From assembly GCA_030612885.1 (NCBI GenBank), contig JAUWMZ010000002.1, forward strand, positions 80,923 to 144,922: DNA of 64,000 nucleotides, given 5' to 3'. Shown here piece by piece: positions 35,105 through 43,545 of the stretch (its first letter is position 1; every line of letters starts with the position of its first letter). Below the pieces are notes generated by a model. That model was not told the DNA's origin. It did not search any database and saw nothing but the letters and a program-made list of their open reading frames with translations. The stretch comes from Candidatus Nealsonbacteria bacterium. GTDB taxonomy: Bacteria; Patescibacteriota; Minisyncoccia; Minisyncoccales; JAGMDC01. Both the position numbers and the translations under genes were made by a program.

Positions 35105-35680
35105 ATGAAAATATCAAAAGCAGAATTTATTAAAGGTGTTATCGGGGACGATTACGGTTTGAAGGACAATTTACCGCACATCGCTTTTTTTGGCCGCTCC
35201 AATGCTGGGAAATCAAGCGTGATTAACTCTTTAGTCGGCAAAAAAGACCTTGTAAAAACAAGCAAGATACCGGGGAAAACACGTGAAGCGAATTTTTTCC
35301 GTATCAATAATTCTTTTTATTTTGTGGATTTTCCCGGATATGGATATGCGAAGCATTCAATATTGGAGCGCAATAAAATGATCAAAAGAATTTTTTGGTA
35401 CGTGGAGTTTTCCGATGCGAGGCCCAAAGCAGTTTTCTTAATTATTGACGCTAATGTCGGTTTGACTGCCCTTGATCGGGATATGATAAAAACTCTCAAG
35501 GCGAATAAACATCAAATTGTCATTATTGCAAACAAAATTGATAAATTAGCTAAAAGCGCCGCGGGAAAACAGCTTTCCTCAATCAAAAAAGAAGCGCGAG
35601 ATATACCGGTTTTGGGATATTCGGCTAAAACAAACGAAGGAAAAGACGAATTAACCCAAAAAATTGCGAGTTTTGTATAA
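35105..35680 (+). CDS. engB: ribosome biogenesis GTPase EngB/YsxC
   Basis: FFGRSNAGKSSVINSL (G1), DFPGYGYA (G3), NKIDK (G4). Confidence 0.9.
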   Translation: MKISKAEFIKGVIGDDYGLKDNLPHIAFFGRSNAGKSSVINSLVGKKDLVKTSKIPGKTREANFFRINNSFYFVDFPGYGYAKHSILERNKMIKRIFWYVEFSDARPKAVFLIIDANVGLTALDRDMIKTLKANKHQIVIIANKIDKLAKSAAGKQLSSIKKEARDIPVLGYSAKTNEGKDELTQKIASFV

Positions 35681-35785
35681 AATATCCTAACCGAAACGGG
35701 TCAATGGGACATCTGTTTTTTAAAGCTAAACTGCCCACTAAACAGGTTCTAACGTCGTCCACGCCCAGTAGCCATATCTTTTTAA

Positions 35786-35814
35786 TTGACAAAATATTAG
35801 TTTTGTAATATACT
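35786..35814 (+). promoter_or_regulatory. TTGACA-N17-TATACT promoter with a ~110-nt leader
   Basis: Hexamers at 35786-35791 and 35809-35814. The leader contains hairpins built on GAGACC/GGTCT. Confidence 0.5.
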
Positions 35815-35930
35815 ATTAGAGTAATTGAATCTCATAGTATTATTTAAAAATCTACGAGACCAACAGGTCTTTTTTTATTTGAAAAGACCAAAGTTACAGG
35901 AGGGAGACCTCTTAAGATTAAGAAAAAATT

Positions 35931-37148
35931 ATGTATACAAGAAGTTTTAACAATAGAAGACCGAAAAAATATCTCTTTCAATCCCATTACAAAGATACGG
36001 GCTCTTCGGGTTTAGGTCGCAGGAGGCCCATGGGCCGGCCCGAAAAAAGAATAGATCCCGCAAGGTTTATCAATAAAGCGAGTATGACTGAGGATAATGA
36101 AAATTTCACACCTGAACACAAATTTCAGGATTTTAAAATTGATCAGCGATTAATAGCGGCTGTTGTGAATAAGGGTTATAAAATACCCACGCCAATTCAA
36201 GATCAAATTATTCCGCACATCACTAATGGTTTTGATGTTGTGGGTATCGCCGATACTGGTACAGGGAAGACAGCAGCTTTTCTTTTGCCCCTTATTAATA
36301 AAATTTTACAAAATTCAAGAGAACAAATTTTGATTGTCGCTCCGACCCGGGAACTTGCCATTCAGATTGACCAGGAGTTTAAATTTTTTGCCAGGGGAAT
36401 GAGAATCTCTTCTGTTTATTGTGTGGGAGGCATGAGTATTGGCAGGCAGATTTCAGAACTTCGCCATAATTACAATTTAATTATTGGCACGCCCGGAAGA
36501 TTAAGAGACTTGATAGGGAAAAGAATAATTAATCTGTCTAAATTTAACACTGTTGTTTTGGACGAGGCAGACAGAATGTTTGATATGGGCTTCATCAATG
36601 ATACTCGTTTCATAATGAACGAGATGTCGAGAGGGCGCCAGACACTCTTTTTCTCGGCAACCATTTCAAACGAGATAGAAAGGATTATCAAAGAATTTAC
36701 CAAAAATCCAGTTAGGATTTCGGTTAAGGATAGAGACACTTCAAAAAACGTTGAGCAGGATATTATTAAAATTGGGCAAGGTAAAACAAAATTAGACATT
36801 CTTAATAATCTTTTGAGTCAAAAAGAATTCAATAAAGTGCTCATTTTCGGACGAACTAAGTACGGAGTTGAAAAAATATCAAAAACGCTTTTTCGTAAGG
36901 GCTTTAATGTAGAATCAATACATGGAAACAAAAATAATTCTCAACGTCAGCGAGCGCTCGGCATGTTTAAGAATAACCGCATTCAGATTTTAGTTGCAAC
37001 TGATGTTGCGGCCAGAGGACTTGATATCGCCGACATTAGTCATGTCATTAATTATGACGTACCGGCAACTTACGATGACTACATTCATCGCATTGGCCGC
37101 ACCGGCCGTTGGAATAAACGGGGGGTGGCGCTAACATTTATTGAATAG
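35931..37148 (+). CDS. DEAD-box RNA helicase
   Basis: PTPIQ, DTGTGKT, DEAD, SAT, HRIGRTGR. Arg-rich N-terminal extension. Confidence 0.9.
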   Translation: MYTRSFNNRRPKKYLFQSHYKDTGSSGLGRRRPMGRPEKRIDPARFINKASMTEDNENFTPEHKFQDFKIDQRLIAAVVNKGYKIPTPIQDQIIPHITNGFDVVGIADTGTGKTAAFLLPLINKILQNSREQILIVAPTRELAIQIDQEFKFFARGMRISSVYCVGGMSIGRQISELRHNYNLIIGTPGRLRDLIGKRIINLSKFNTVVLDEADRMFDMGFINDTRFIMNEMSRGRQTLFFSATISNEIERIIKEFTKNPVRISVKDRDTSKNVEQDIIKIGQGKTKLDILNNLLSQKEFNKVLIFGRTKYGVEKISKTLFRKGFNVESIHGNKNNSQRQRALGMFKNNRIQILVATDVAARGLDIADISHVINYDVPATYDDYIHRIGRTGRWNKRGVALTFIE

Positions 37149-37253
37149 AGAAAGAAAAAAGGCGTTAAGTGTGCGAATTATTTGTCCTGCCATAAAACCT
37201 CCATTTCCTTCTTTTTTTCGAGCTTATAATGAGTTCTAAACTGGAAAAAGTTC

Positions 37254-37277
37254 AAAACGCCCGTAATCGGGCGTTTT
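37254..37277 (+). terminator. terminator AAAACGCCCG-TAAT-CGGGCGTTTT
   Basis: Perfect 10-bp stem with flanking A and T runs. Confidence 0.75.
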
Positions 37278-37335
37278 GAATTAAAGAAATAGTAAGTTAT
37301 AATGATTTAAGGAGTAATGTAGAGTAAAAATGGGT

Positions 37336-37359
37336 AAAAATGGGGTCAACTCTGTTTTT
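37336..37359 (+). repeat. 24-nt repeat AAAAATGGGGTCAACTCTGTTTTT (copy 2)
   Basis: 36 nt upstream of the xseA ATG. Confidence 0.85.
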
Positions 37360-37394
37360 GGAATAACCAAAATTTAAGTTGAAGTTTAAGGATT

Positions 37395-38663
37395 ATGGAA
37401 GAAGAAAACCAACAAAAAGATGAGAAAATTTTTTCAGTTTCAGATTATATTAAAACTGTAAACCAGGGATTAAAAGCCTTTAGATCGAAAATTATAGGAG
37501 AGGTAAGCGAGGTTAGTTTTGGGCCCACGGGTCACGTTTATTTCACCCTAAAAGATGAAAAAGATGAGAGTATAATAAAGTGTATAATCTGGAAGTCTAG
37601 ATACGATATTTATGGTATTAAATTAAAAGAGGGAATTAAAATTATTGCCACTGGATATCCCGAAATATATGCGCCGTGGGGGAAGCTATCTTTTAAATCT
37701 GAAGTCATTGAACATGCCGGAGAGGGAATCTTGAAAAAAGAGTATGAAAAATTAAAAGAGAAATTAACCAAAGAGGGACTTTTTGAGGAAGTTAGGAAAC
37801 GGCCAATCCCAAAATATCCGCAGAAAGTCGGAATAATTACCTCAAAACAGGGCGCAGTTCTCGCCGATTTCTTAAATAATTTAGGAAGGTTTGGATTCAA
37901 AATTAAAATGATTGATTCTCGCGTGGAGGGACAAGCCGCTATTGTTGATTTATTGCTTTCTATTAAAACGCTGAAGAAAGAAAATATAGAAGTACTGGTA
38001 ATTATGCGCGGAGGAGGTTCTTTAGAATCAATGTCGGCGTTTAATAACGAATCACTAGTGAGAGAAATAACCGGTTTTCCGGTTCCGGTGATTGCGGCAA
38101 TTGGCCATCATAAGGATGTCCCGCTCACAGCGTTAGCAGCCGATTGTTCGGTTTCAACGCCAAGTATTGCCGCAACCTTTCTTAGTGAATCATGGGAGCA
38201 AGCTGCATCATTATTAAAAGAATACGAAAGAAATGTTATTGGTTCTTATGAGAATATATTAGAAAATGCTAATTCGTTAATAAATCAGTCAATAGATACA
38301 ATTCGCGGGATAAAGGATTTAATTTTTGATAAATATAAAGAAATTGAAACTGCGCTAAAAATTTCTTTCCAGGCATTCAAAAATGCTCTTCAAAACAGTA
38401 AAAGCGATTTAAAGAATTCATGGAAGAAATCCATATTCGGATTTAATTCGCTATTATCAATAATCAAACAACAATTAGAGCATTCAGAAGAAGTCGTTTA
38501 TCTTCGTAATCCCGAGACCCAGCTTAAGCTTGGTTATAGTATCGCACGATGCAGGGGTAGATTGATTAAAAGTATAAAAGATACTAAAATAGGAGAAGAT
38601 GTGGATATTCGAGTAAAGGATGGAACAATTATTTCTAAAGTAAAAAACAAAAAACATGCCTAA
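37395..38663 (+). CDS. xseA: exodeoxyribonuclease VII large subunit
   Basis: N-terminal OB fold (VSDYIKTVNQGL...GEVSEV), catalytic core GIITS...RGGGS, coiled-coil C-terminus. Confidence 0.85.
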   Translation: MEEENQQKDEKIFSVSDYIKTVNQGLKAFRSKIIGEVSEVSFGPTGHVYFTLKDEKDESIIKCIIWKSRYDIYGIKLKEGIKIIATGYPEIYAPWGKLSFKSEVIEHAGEGILKKEYEKLKEKLTKEGLFEEVRKRPIPKYPQKVGIITSKQGAVLADFLNNLGRFGFKIKMIDSRVEGQAAIVDLLLSIKTLKKENIEVLVIMRGGGSLESMSAFNNESLVREITGFPVPVIAAIGHHKDVPLTALAADCSVSTPSIAATFLSESWEQAASLLKEYERNVIGSYENILENANSLINQSIDTIRGIKDLIFDKYKEIETALKISFQAFKNALQNSKSDLKNSWKKSIFGFNSLLSIIKQQLEHSEEVVYLRNPETQLKLGYSIARCRGRLIKSIKDTKIGEDVDIRVKDGTIISKVKNKKHA

Positions 38664-38919
38664 AGAAAAGCCAGATATTAAAAATTTAAGCGATAATCTT
38701 AAGAAGCTTTCCGAGATTACAGAATGGTTTGAAAACCAAGGAGAGGTTGACATTGAAGAGGGTTTGAAAAAAGTAAAAGAGGCGGCAGGCCTTATTAAAG
38801 CCAGCAAAGAACGACTCAAGGCGGTGGAGAACGAATTCGAAGAAATTAAAAAAGAGGTACATATTGAAGAGGATAATGGCGATGAAGAAGACGTGGAAGA
38901 AGATATGCCTCAAATTTAA
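38656..38919 (+). CDS. xseB: exodeoxyribonuclease VII small subunit
   Basis: Overlaps the xseA stop. Helical hairpin pattern LKKLSEITEWFENQ...IEEGLKKVKEAAGLIKASKERL. Confidence 0.75.
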   Translation: MPKEKPDIKNLSDNLKKLSEITEWFENQGEVDIEEGLKKVKEAAGLIKASKERLKAVENEFEEIKKEVHIEEDNGDEEDVEEDMPQI

Positions 38920-38986
38920 TTTTTTTTCGCGCTCTACGCGGAAATTTTCCTTAACTCGCCTGCCATTTAGAGCAGGGTAGTTCATT

Positions 38987-39385
38987 ATGTTTAAAGAATT
39001 TAATGTTTCAACAGAAGATAGATATCAATTAATTGATATTACTGAAAAAGCAGAAGAAATAGTTAAAGAAAGCGGTGTAAAAAACGGCTTGGTTTTTATT
39101 TTTGTTCCTCATTCCACGGCCAGCATTATTTTGACCGAGAATGAAGAAGGATTAAAAAAGGACTGGCTTGAAATTTTCAAGAAGCTAACATCTGGGATTG
39201 ATTTTCAGCATAACAAAATTGATGATAATGCTGATTCTCATATCCTTTCCGGCTTGGCGGGTCAAGGGAAGATTTTGCCGATTAAAGATAGTAGAACTGT
39301 AAGAGGGACTTGGCAGCAGATATTTTTAGTAGAATTTGACGGTCCAAGAACAAGAAAAATAATAGTAAAAATAGTAGAAGGTTGA
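38987..39385 (+). CDS. YjbQ/UPF0047 family protein
   Basis: VPHSTASIILTENEEG, DNADSHI, GTWQQIFLVEFDGPR. Confidence 0.8.
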   Translation: MFKEFNVSTEDRYQLIDITEKAEEIVKESGVKNGLVFIFVPHSTASIILTENEEGLKKDWLEIFKKLTSGIDFQHNKIDDNADSHILSGLAGQGKILPIKDSRTVRGTWQQIFLVEFDGPRTRKIIVKIVEG

Positions 39386-39486
39386 AATATGAAATTTGGT
39401 ATGAAATTTAGGATGTTTCTGTTTTTTTTCTTGTTGTTTAATCCGGTTAAGCAATAAATACAGCTCTAAGCAAATTTTTAACATAG

Positions 39487-39510
39487 AAAAATGGGGTCAG
39501 CTTTATTTTT
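39487..39510 (+). repeat. 24-nt repeat AAAAATGGGGTCAGCTTTATTTTT (copy 3)
   Basis: Immediately upstream of the TTGACT -35 element at 39518. Confidence 0.85.
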
Positions 39511-39517
39511 TATGGGC

Positions 39518-39545
39518 TTGACTTGTTTAGATATATATGTACTAT
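39518..39545 (+). promoter_or_regulatory. TTGACT-N16-TACTAT promoter
   Basis: The hexamers overlap the track's ATG 39523, which supports the downstream start at 39586. Confidence 0.5.
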
Positions 39546-39585
39546 TGATGTAGTAGGTAATAATGAAAAAAAGGAGAAAAACAAG

Positions 39586-40026
39586 ATGGTTGATACAATA
39601 CAAGGGGATTTTGCGGATAAAAACTGCAGTGATTGCGGAGAAAAAGGATGTATATTTGAACACTGGGGGAATTTAGTGCCAAAAGAAAAGACAGGATTTT
39701 TTTGCGGTTTTTGCTGGCAAGAAAGGAACAATTGTTTTGAAAGAGGAGAGGCGCCGAAACCTTTGGGTGTTAAACTGCCCGGGGTACCAGAGGAGTTTTC
39801 AGATATGCCCATTAGGGCAAGCACCAAAAATGGCTCTATTTACAAATTTAGTAAACCAAACGAAAAAGGAGAGCGAAAGGTATCCTGTGCCACAAAGACG
39901 TTGGATTTCACTAGCTGTAAAATAATATGTTTGCGTGTCGGTAGAGAAATATTCTTCAGAGCCCTTGATAGCAGTGATCCGGACTTACACGCATGGATAA
40001 CTTCGCCTGTCGTTTCAATAAAGTAA
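39586..40026 (+). CDS. Cys-rich hypothetical protein
   Basis: AAGGAG SD before ATG 39586 (MVDTIQGDF). CSDCGEKGC...FCGFCWQERNNC cluster. Confidence 0.55.
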   Translation: MVDTIQGDFADKNCSDCGEKGCIFEHWGNLVPKEKTGFFCGFCWQERNNCFERGEAPKPLGVKLPGVPEEFSDMPIRASTKNGSIYKFSKPNEKGERKVSCATKTLDFTSCKIICLRVGREIFFRALDSSDPDLHAWITSPVVSIK

Positions 40027-40127
40027 AGTACTGAATGCGTGAATAGAGAAAATCTATATGCGGCTTAATCCTTAACTTAATTCTTAAAGAAAAGTTATAG
40101 GAGAGTCGCTTTTTTTATATACTTTAC

Positions 40128-40164
40128 TGACGGCTGTCTCTCGTTTTTGTAGCTTTAAAAGATT
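40128..40164 (+). repeat. 37-nt repeat TGACGGCTGTCTCTCGTTTTTGTAGCTTTAAAAGATT (copy 2)
   Basis: See 33581-33617. Confidence 0.8.
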
Positions 40165-40220
40165 GAAAAATTCCCAAAAATAAGTTAAATTAAGAGCATA
40201 GAGGATAAAACCTATTATCA

Positions 40221-40601
40221 ATGTTGGAAAAAGATTTTGAGAAATTAGTTAAAAAAGCTATGAAGAAATTGCCTCAGCATATCCAAAAGAAAATGGATAA
40301 TGTGGCTATTGTAGTTAAAGAAAAACCTTCTAAATATGAATTGGAAGAAACCGGGATAAAAATAGGAGGAACGCTTTTAGGGCTTTATCAGGGAGTTCCT
40401 AAAACAGCTTGGGGCAGGGGTTTTGGCATGATATTGCCAGACAAAATTACTATTTTCCAGAACTCAATCGAACAAATGGCTTCTTCAGAGGAAGAAATAA
40501 AAGAATTAGTCACAATCGTTGTTTGGCACGAAATTGCCCACCACTTTGGCTTCAATGAAAGCCAAATTCGCAAATTAGAAACCAAGTGGAAAAAGAGATA
40601 A
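40221..40601 (+). CDS. zincin-like minimal metallopeptidase (DUF1025-like)
   Basis: VVWHEIAHHFG HExxH motif in a 126-aa protein. Confidence 0.7.
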   Translation: MLEKDFEKLVKKAMKKLPQHIQKKMDNVAIVVKEKPSKYELEETGIKIGGTLLGLYQGVPKTAWGRGFGMILPDKITIFQNSIEQMASSEEEIKELVTIVVWHEIAHHFGFNESQIRKLETKWKKR

Positions 40602-40629
40602 TTAGACAATCCGGAAAAAATCAAGGTTA

Positions 40630-40845
40630 GTGAATATGAATTTTTTTAATCCATCAAAAAGAGCTGAAATTGTTAGAAATAGAATGATAAGGAATGGAAA
40701 GTATTTGATTGCCAAAATAGAAGGTAGTGGACAGGAACAAAAAGACAAAAAAGTTCTTGATACATATTTTAGATACAAGGACTATATGGACAACAAGGAA
40801 TGGTTTCAGTCCTCTTTAGATGAAGTTTGGTCGTCAAATTTTTAG
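40630..40845 (+). CDS. small hypothetical protein overlapping the radical SAM gene
   Basis: 71 aa (ATG at 40636 is also possible). Ends ...A AAT TTT TAG. No Cys. Confidence 0.45.
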   Translation: MNMNFFNPSKRAEIVRNRMIRNGKYLIAKIEGSGQEQKDKKVLDTYFRYKDYMDNKEWFQSSLDEVWSSNF

Positions 40846-41720
40846 GCCTATCTAATAATTTTCAATCAAGACCAATAGAAGAGGTTAAAAAATTAGAATT
40901 TCAAAATCCTGCTTATTCTGCTGCTTTCCGATTTGGCGGAGATCCAAGAAATTATAGCAAGGTTTTTACAATTCAGGTTTCCGGTTGTGATTTCGATTGT
41001 AATTATTGCTATGTGCCCAAACAAATAAATGTTGCTAATCCAGAACTTGGAAAATATTTTTCAGCAAAAGAAATAATTGGTTATTTTCTATCAGCAAAAG
41101 AAAAATCAAAAGAGCCGATGAATGTTATAAGAATAAGCGGCGGCAATCCGACAATAATTCCTGAAGTAATTGTAGATGTTTACAATGAAATAAAGAATCA
41201 GGGTTTGGATGTTTATCTTTGGATTGATTCCAATCTTTCAACTCAGAAATATTTAGAAAACTTAGAAGGTAATTTAAAAAATATACTTAATCAAAAAAAT
41301 GTGGGTGTGGTTGGATGTTTTAAAGGGATTTGTAAAGAAGATTTTTCTATGCTTACAGGCGCTGAATCGAAATATTATCAAAGACAATTTGAGACAGCAA
41401 AATGGTTTTTAGAACATAGAACTGATTTTTATGTTTATTTACCTGCTTTAGTTTACAAAGGTAATATTGAGGAAAAATTGACCATGTTTATTGAAAGATT
41501 AAGAGGGTTAAATAAAAATTTACCTCTTAGAGTAGAGGTTTTAGAAATTATAGATTACCCTGGGGCAAAATTAAATTTTGAGAGAGCAGAAAAATTAGGC
41601 AGGCCAATACCCAAAACTGACCAAAGAATGGTATTTGATATATGGTATAACAAACTTCTTCCTAAATTTTATTCTCAAGAGTATTTAAATAAATACTGCT
41701 GCGAAATTTCTTTGTATTAG
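40827..41720 (+). CDS. radical SAM protein
   Basis: CDFDCNYC (CX3CX2C) and RISGGNP (GGE-like SAM motif). No SPASM-like Cys cluster. The track start is TTG. Confidence 0.75.
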   Translation: MVVKFLGLSNNFQSRPIEEVKKLEFQNPAYSAAFRFGGDPRNYSKVFTIQVSGCDFDCNYCYVPKQINVANPELGKYFSAKEIIGYFLSAKEKSKEPMNVIRISGGNPTIIPEVIVDVYNEIKNQGLDVYLWIDSNLSTQKYLENLEGNLKNILNQKNVGVVGCFKGICKEDFSMLTGAESKYYQRQFETAKWFLEHRTDFYVYLPALVYKGNIEEKLTMFIERLRGLNKNLPLRVEVLEIIDYPGAKLNFERAEKLGRPIPKTDQRMVFDIWYNKLLPKFYSQEYLNKYCCEISLY

Positions 41721-41755
41721 AATCTGCGGCAGTTCCGATTTTTAAAACTAAACGA

Positions 41756-41786
41756 GTATGCCTTCGCCTTTCGGGCGAAGGCATAC
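41756..41786. repeat. GC-rich perfect 13-bp hairpin GTATGCCTTCGCC-TTTCG-GGCGAAGGCATAC
   Basis: Read directly; lies between the radical SAM stop and the csaA fragment. Confidence 0.8.
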
Positions 41787-41798
41787 AGAAAAAAATCT

Positions 41799-41948
41799 AT
41801 GGCTACAATCGAAGATTTTGAAAAATTAGATATCAGAGTAGGAAAAATTATTGAAGTTGAGGATTTTCCAGAGGCCCAAAAACCTTCTTACAAGCTTAAA
41901 ATTGATTTTGGGAAAGAAATTGCTGAAATTGGCGGAAAACTTTATTAA
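41799..41948 (+). pseudogene. csaA: truncated tRNA-binding protein CsaA (first ~40 of ~110 aa conserved)
   Basis: [41 protein letters not shown] matches the CsaA/EMAP N-terminus, then diverges and stops at 49 aa. Confidence 0.75.
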
Positions 41949-42131
41949 GAAATGAATAAGAAACTAACCAGGAATTTTTATACTAAAGAAACCTTGATTT
42001 TTGTTTAGGTTGAGATAAGGTGAAGATACCTTAAAAATTTGGGAGAAATCAGATAGATAAAGAAAATTAGTTTATTGAGAGTTGAATTATTTCAGCGCTC
42101 AGTAAATTAAAAACTAAAGAGGTGATGTAAG

Positions 42132-42233
42132 ATGAGTATAAGACAAGAAACAATAATTAAGGAAATTGGAGCATTGGTAGTATGGGTGACAGTGATATTA
42201 ACTGTGATATATGGCGTAAGAATGGTGTGTTGA
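42132..42233 (+). CDS. 33-aa hydrophobic mini-protein (type I toxin-like)
   Basis: Strong SD AGAGGTGA 8 nt upstream. MSIRQETIIKEIGALVVWVTVILTVIYGVRMVC, followed by a strong terminator. Confidence 0.35.
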   Translation: MSIRQETIIKEIGALVVWVTVILTVIYGVRMVC

Positions 42234-42240
42234 TGAAATG

Positions 42241-42278
42241 AAAAAGCCCATTATGGGCGTTTTTTTTATTTTTTTTGG
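42241..42278. terminator. bidirectional terminator AAAAAGCCCA-TTA-TGGGCGTTTTTTTT
   Basis: Stem flanked by an A run and a T run, between convergent genes. Confidence 0.7.
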
Positions 42279-42294
42279 CGGAGAAAAATGTTTT

Positions 42295-43404
42295 TCAGCT
42301 TCTTCTTTGTTGTTTTTCAATTCTTTTTATTGCTTCTCTAATGCCAATTTCTACTTTTCTTTCTTCTACTTCAGCGATAAAATTCTTGCCTGAAAAAAAT
42401 TCCACTTGGAGAGTGATGTCAAAAAGAATAATTCCCCCAGCCGGCTTTTTTGATTTTTTGAAATTTATTTTTATCTGCTGAACAGGGGACATTTTATCTA
42501 ACTTTTCCCCCAGTCGCTCAAGTAAAGTATATATTTTTCCCATTTCATAATCAGTGGTTTTTTTAGTCGGCTTTCTGAAAATAATGGGAATTTCTTTTTT
42601 CGGTTTGAATTCTGCCATAGCTTTTAAAATCGTGCGATTGGAAATTATTCCATAAGGGAGATTATTTTTATCTACTATAACAATGCTATTTTTTCCTGCC
42701 CTGAACATTCTTTGAAGAATTTTTTCAATTCCTAATTCTTTTTTAGCGGTTAGAACATTTCTGGTATAAAATTTTGATATAGCAATATCAAATCTGTTCG
42801 CTCTTTCCTGGTCAAGGGAATAATTTATCGGTTCTCCTCTTCTGGTAGACGCTTTCTGTTTTTTAGTCGGTTTTATAAATGCGTTCTCAATATCTTTTCT
42901 TGTTATAATACCAGCTAATTTTTTATTATTATCAACTAAAACAACACGTGTAGTTCCTTTTTCACGGAGCAGTTTATAAACATCTTTTACAGTTGAATTT
43001 ATTTTAGCTGTTGTGGTTTTTTCTATTTTTATTTTTTGCGCTATCTGGCTGAAAATATCCGGTTTTTTCGATAACTCCTTTATTATATTTTTAGCTCTTA
43101 CAATTTCTTTGATTTCATTCTTATCATTAAATACTGGCAGGGCGTAAATTCTGGTGGCGACCATAAAATCAGCAATTTCATAAAAGGGAGTTGAGTTGTT
43201 TATGCGAGGCGGAATAATAATCACAGACTTAACTTTAGTTGTATAAGGCAATCTTTTTTTGAATAGGACATAGTATGGCGAGACCAATCCAAGAAATTCA
43301 TCATTGTCATTAAAAACAAAAACCGGCTCATGACTGCTTTGTATCACAGATAAAGCTGAACCAAGAGTTGTTTCAGGGAAGCATCGAGCAATAGTGTTGT
43401 TCAT
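42295..43404 (-). CDS. four-CBS-motif protein with a C-terminal HPF/RaiA-like domain
   Basis: Four CBS-like repeats (e.g. VVLVDNNKKLAGIITRKDI, IVIVDKNNLPYGIISNRTI). The last ~95 aa follow a beta-alpha-beta-beta-beta-alpha pattern ending IREAIKRIEKQQRR. Confidence 0.6.
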   Translation of the reverse strand: MNNTIARCFPETTLGSALSVIQSSHEPVFVFNDNDEFLGLVSPYYVLFKKRLPYTTKVKSVIIIPPRINNSTPFYEIADFMVATRIYALPVFNDKNEIKEIVRAKNIIKELSKKPDIFSQIAQKIKIEKTTTAKINSTVKDVYKLLREKGTTRVVLVDNNKKLAGIITRKDIENAFIKPTKKQKASTRRGEPINYSLDQERANRFDIAISKFYTRNVLTAKKELGIEKILQRMFRAGKNSIVIVDKNNLPYGIISNRTILKAMAEFKPKKEIPIIFRKPTKKTTDYEMGKIYTLLERLGEKLDKMSPVQQIKINFKKSKKPAGGIILFDITLQVEFFSGKNFIAEVEERKVEIGIREAIKRIEKQQRRS

Positions 43405-43464
43405 ATATTCATTATATCATAAAAACACATTTTTAAAAGTGTGTTTTTTATTACAATAAATCAA

Positions 43465-43540
43465 AGACTTGATATATCAGACTAAGGTCTGTTATAGCAA
43501 GTCGGAGACTTGATATATCAAGCTAAGGCTTGTTATAATA
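43465..43540 (+). promoter_or_regulatory. tandem 41-bp duplication carrying palindrome CTTGATATATCA(A/G)(G/A) and -35/-10 elements
   Basis: Units at 43465-43499 and 43506-43540. The second has TTGATA-N18-TATAAT (43510-43539) and the perfect 14-bp palindrome 43509-43522. Confidence 0.55.
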
Positions 43541-43545
43541 CTTAA

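Noticed and set aside
39523-39585. Track start ATG 39523 for the Cys-rich ORF.
   Set aside because: That ATG lies within the predicted TTGACT-N16-TACTAT promoter. ATG 39586 has an AAGGAG Shine-Dalgarno sequence.
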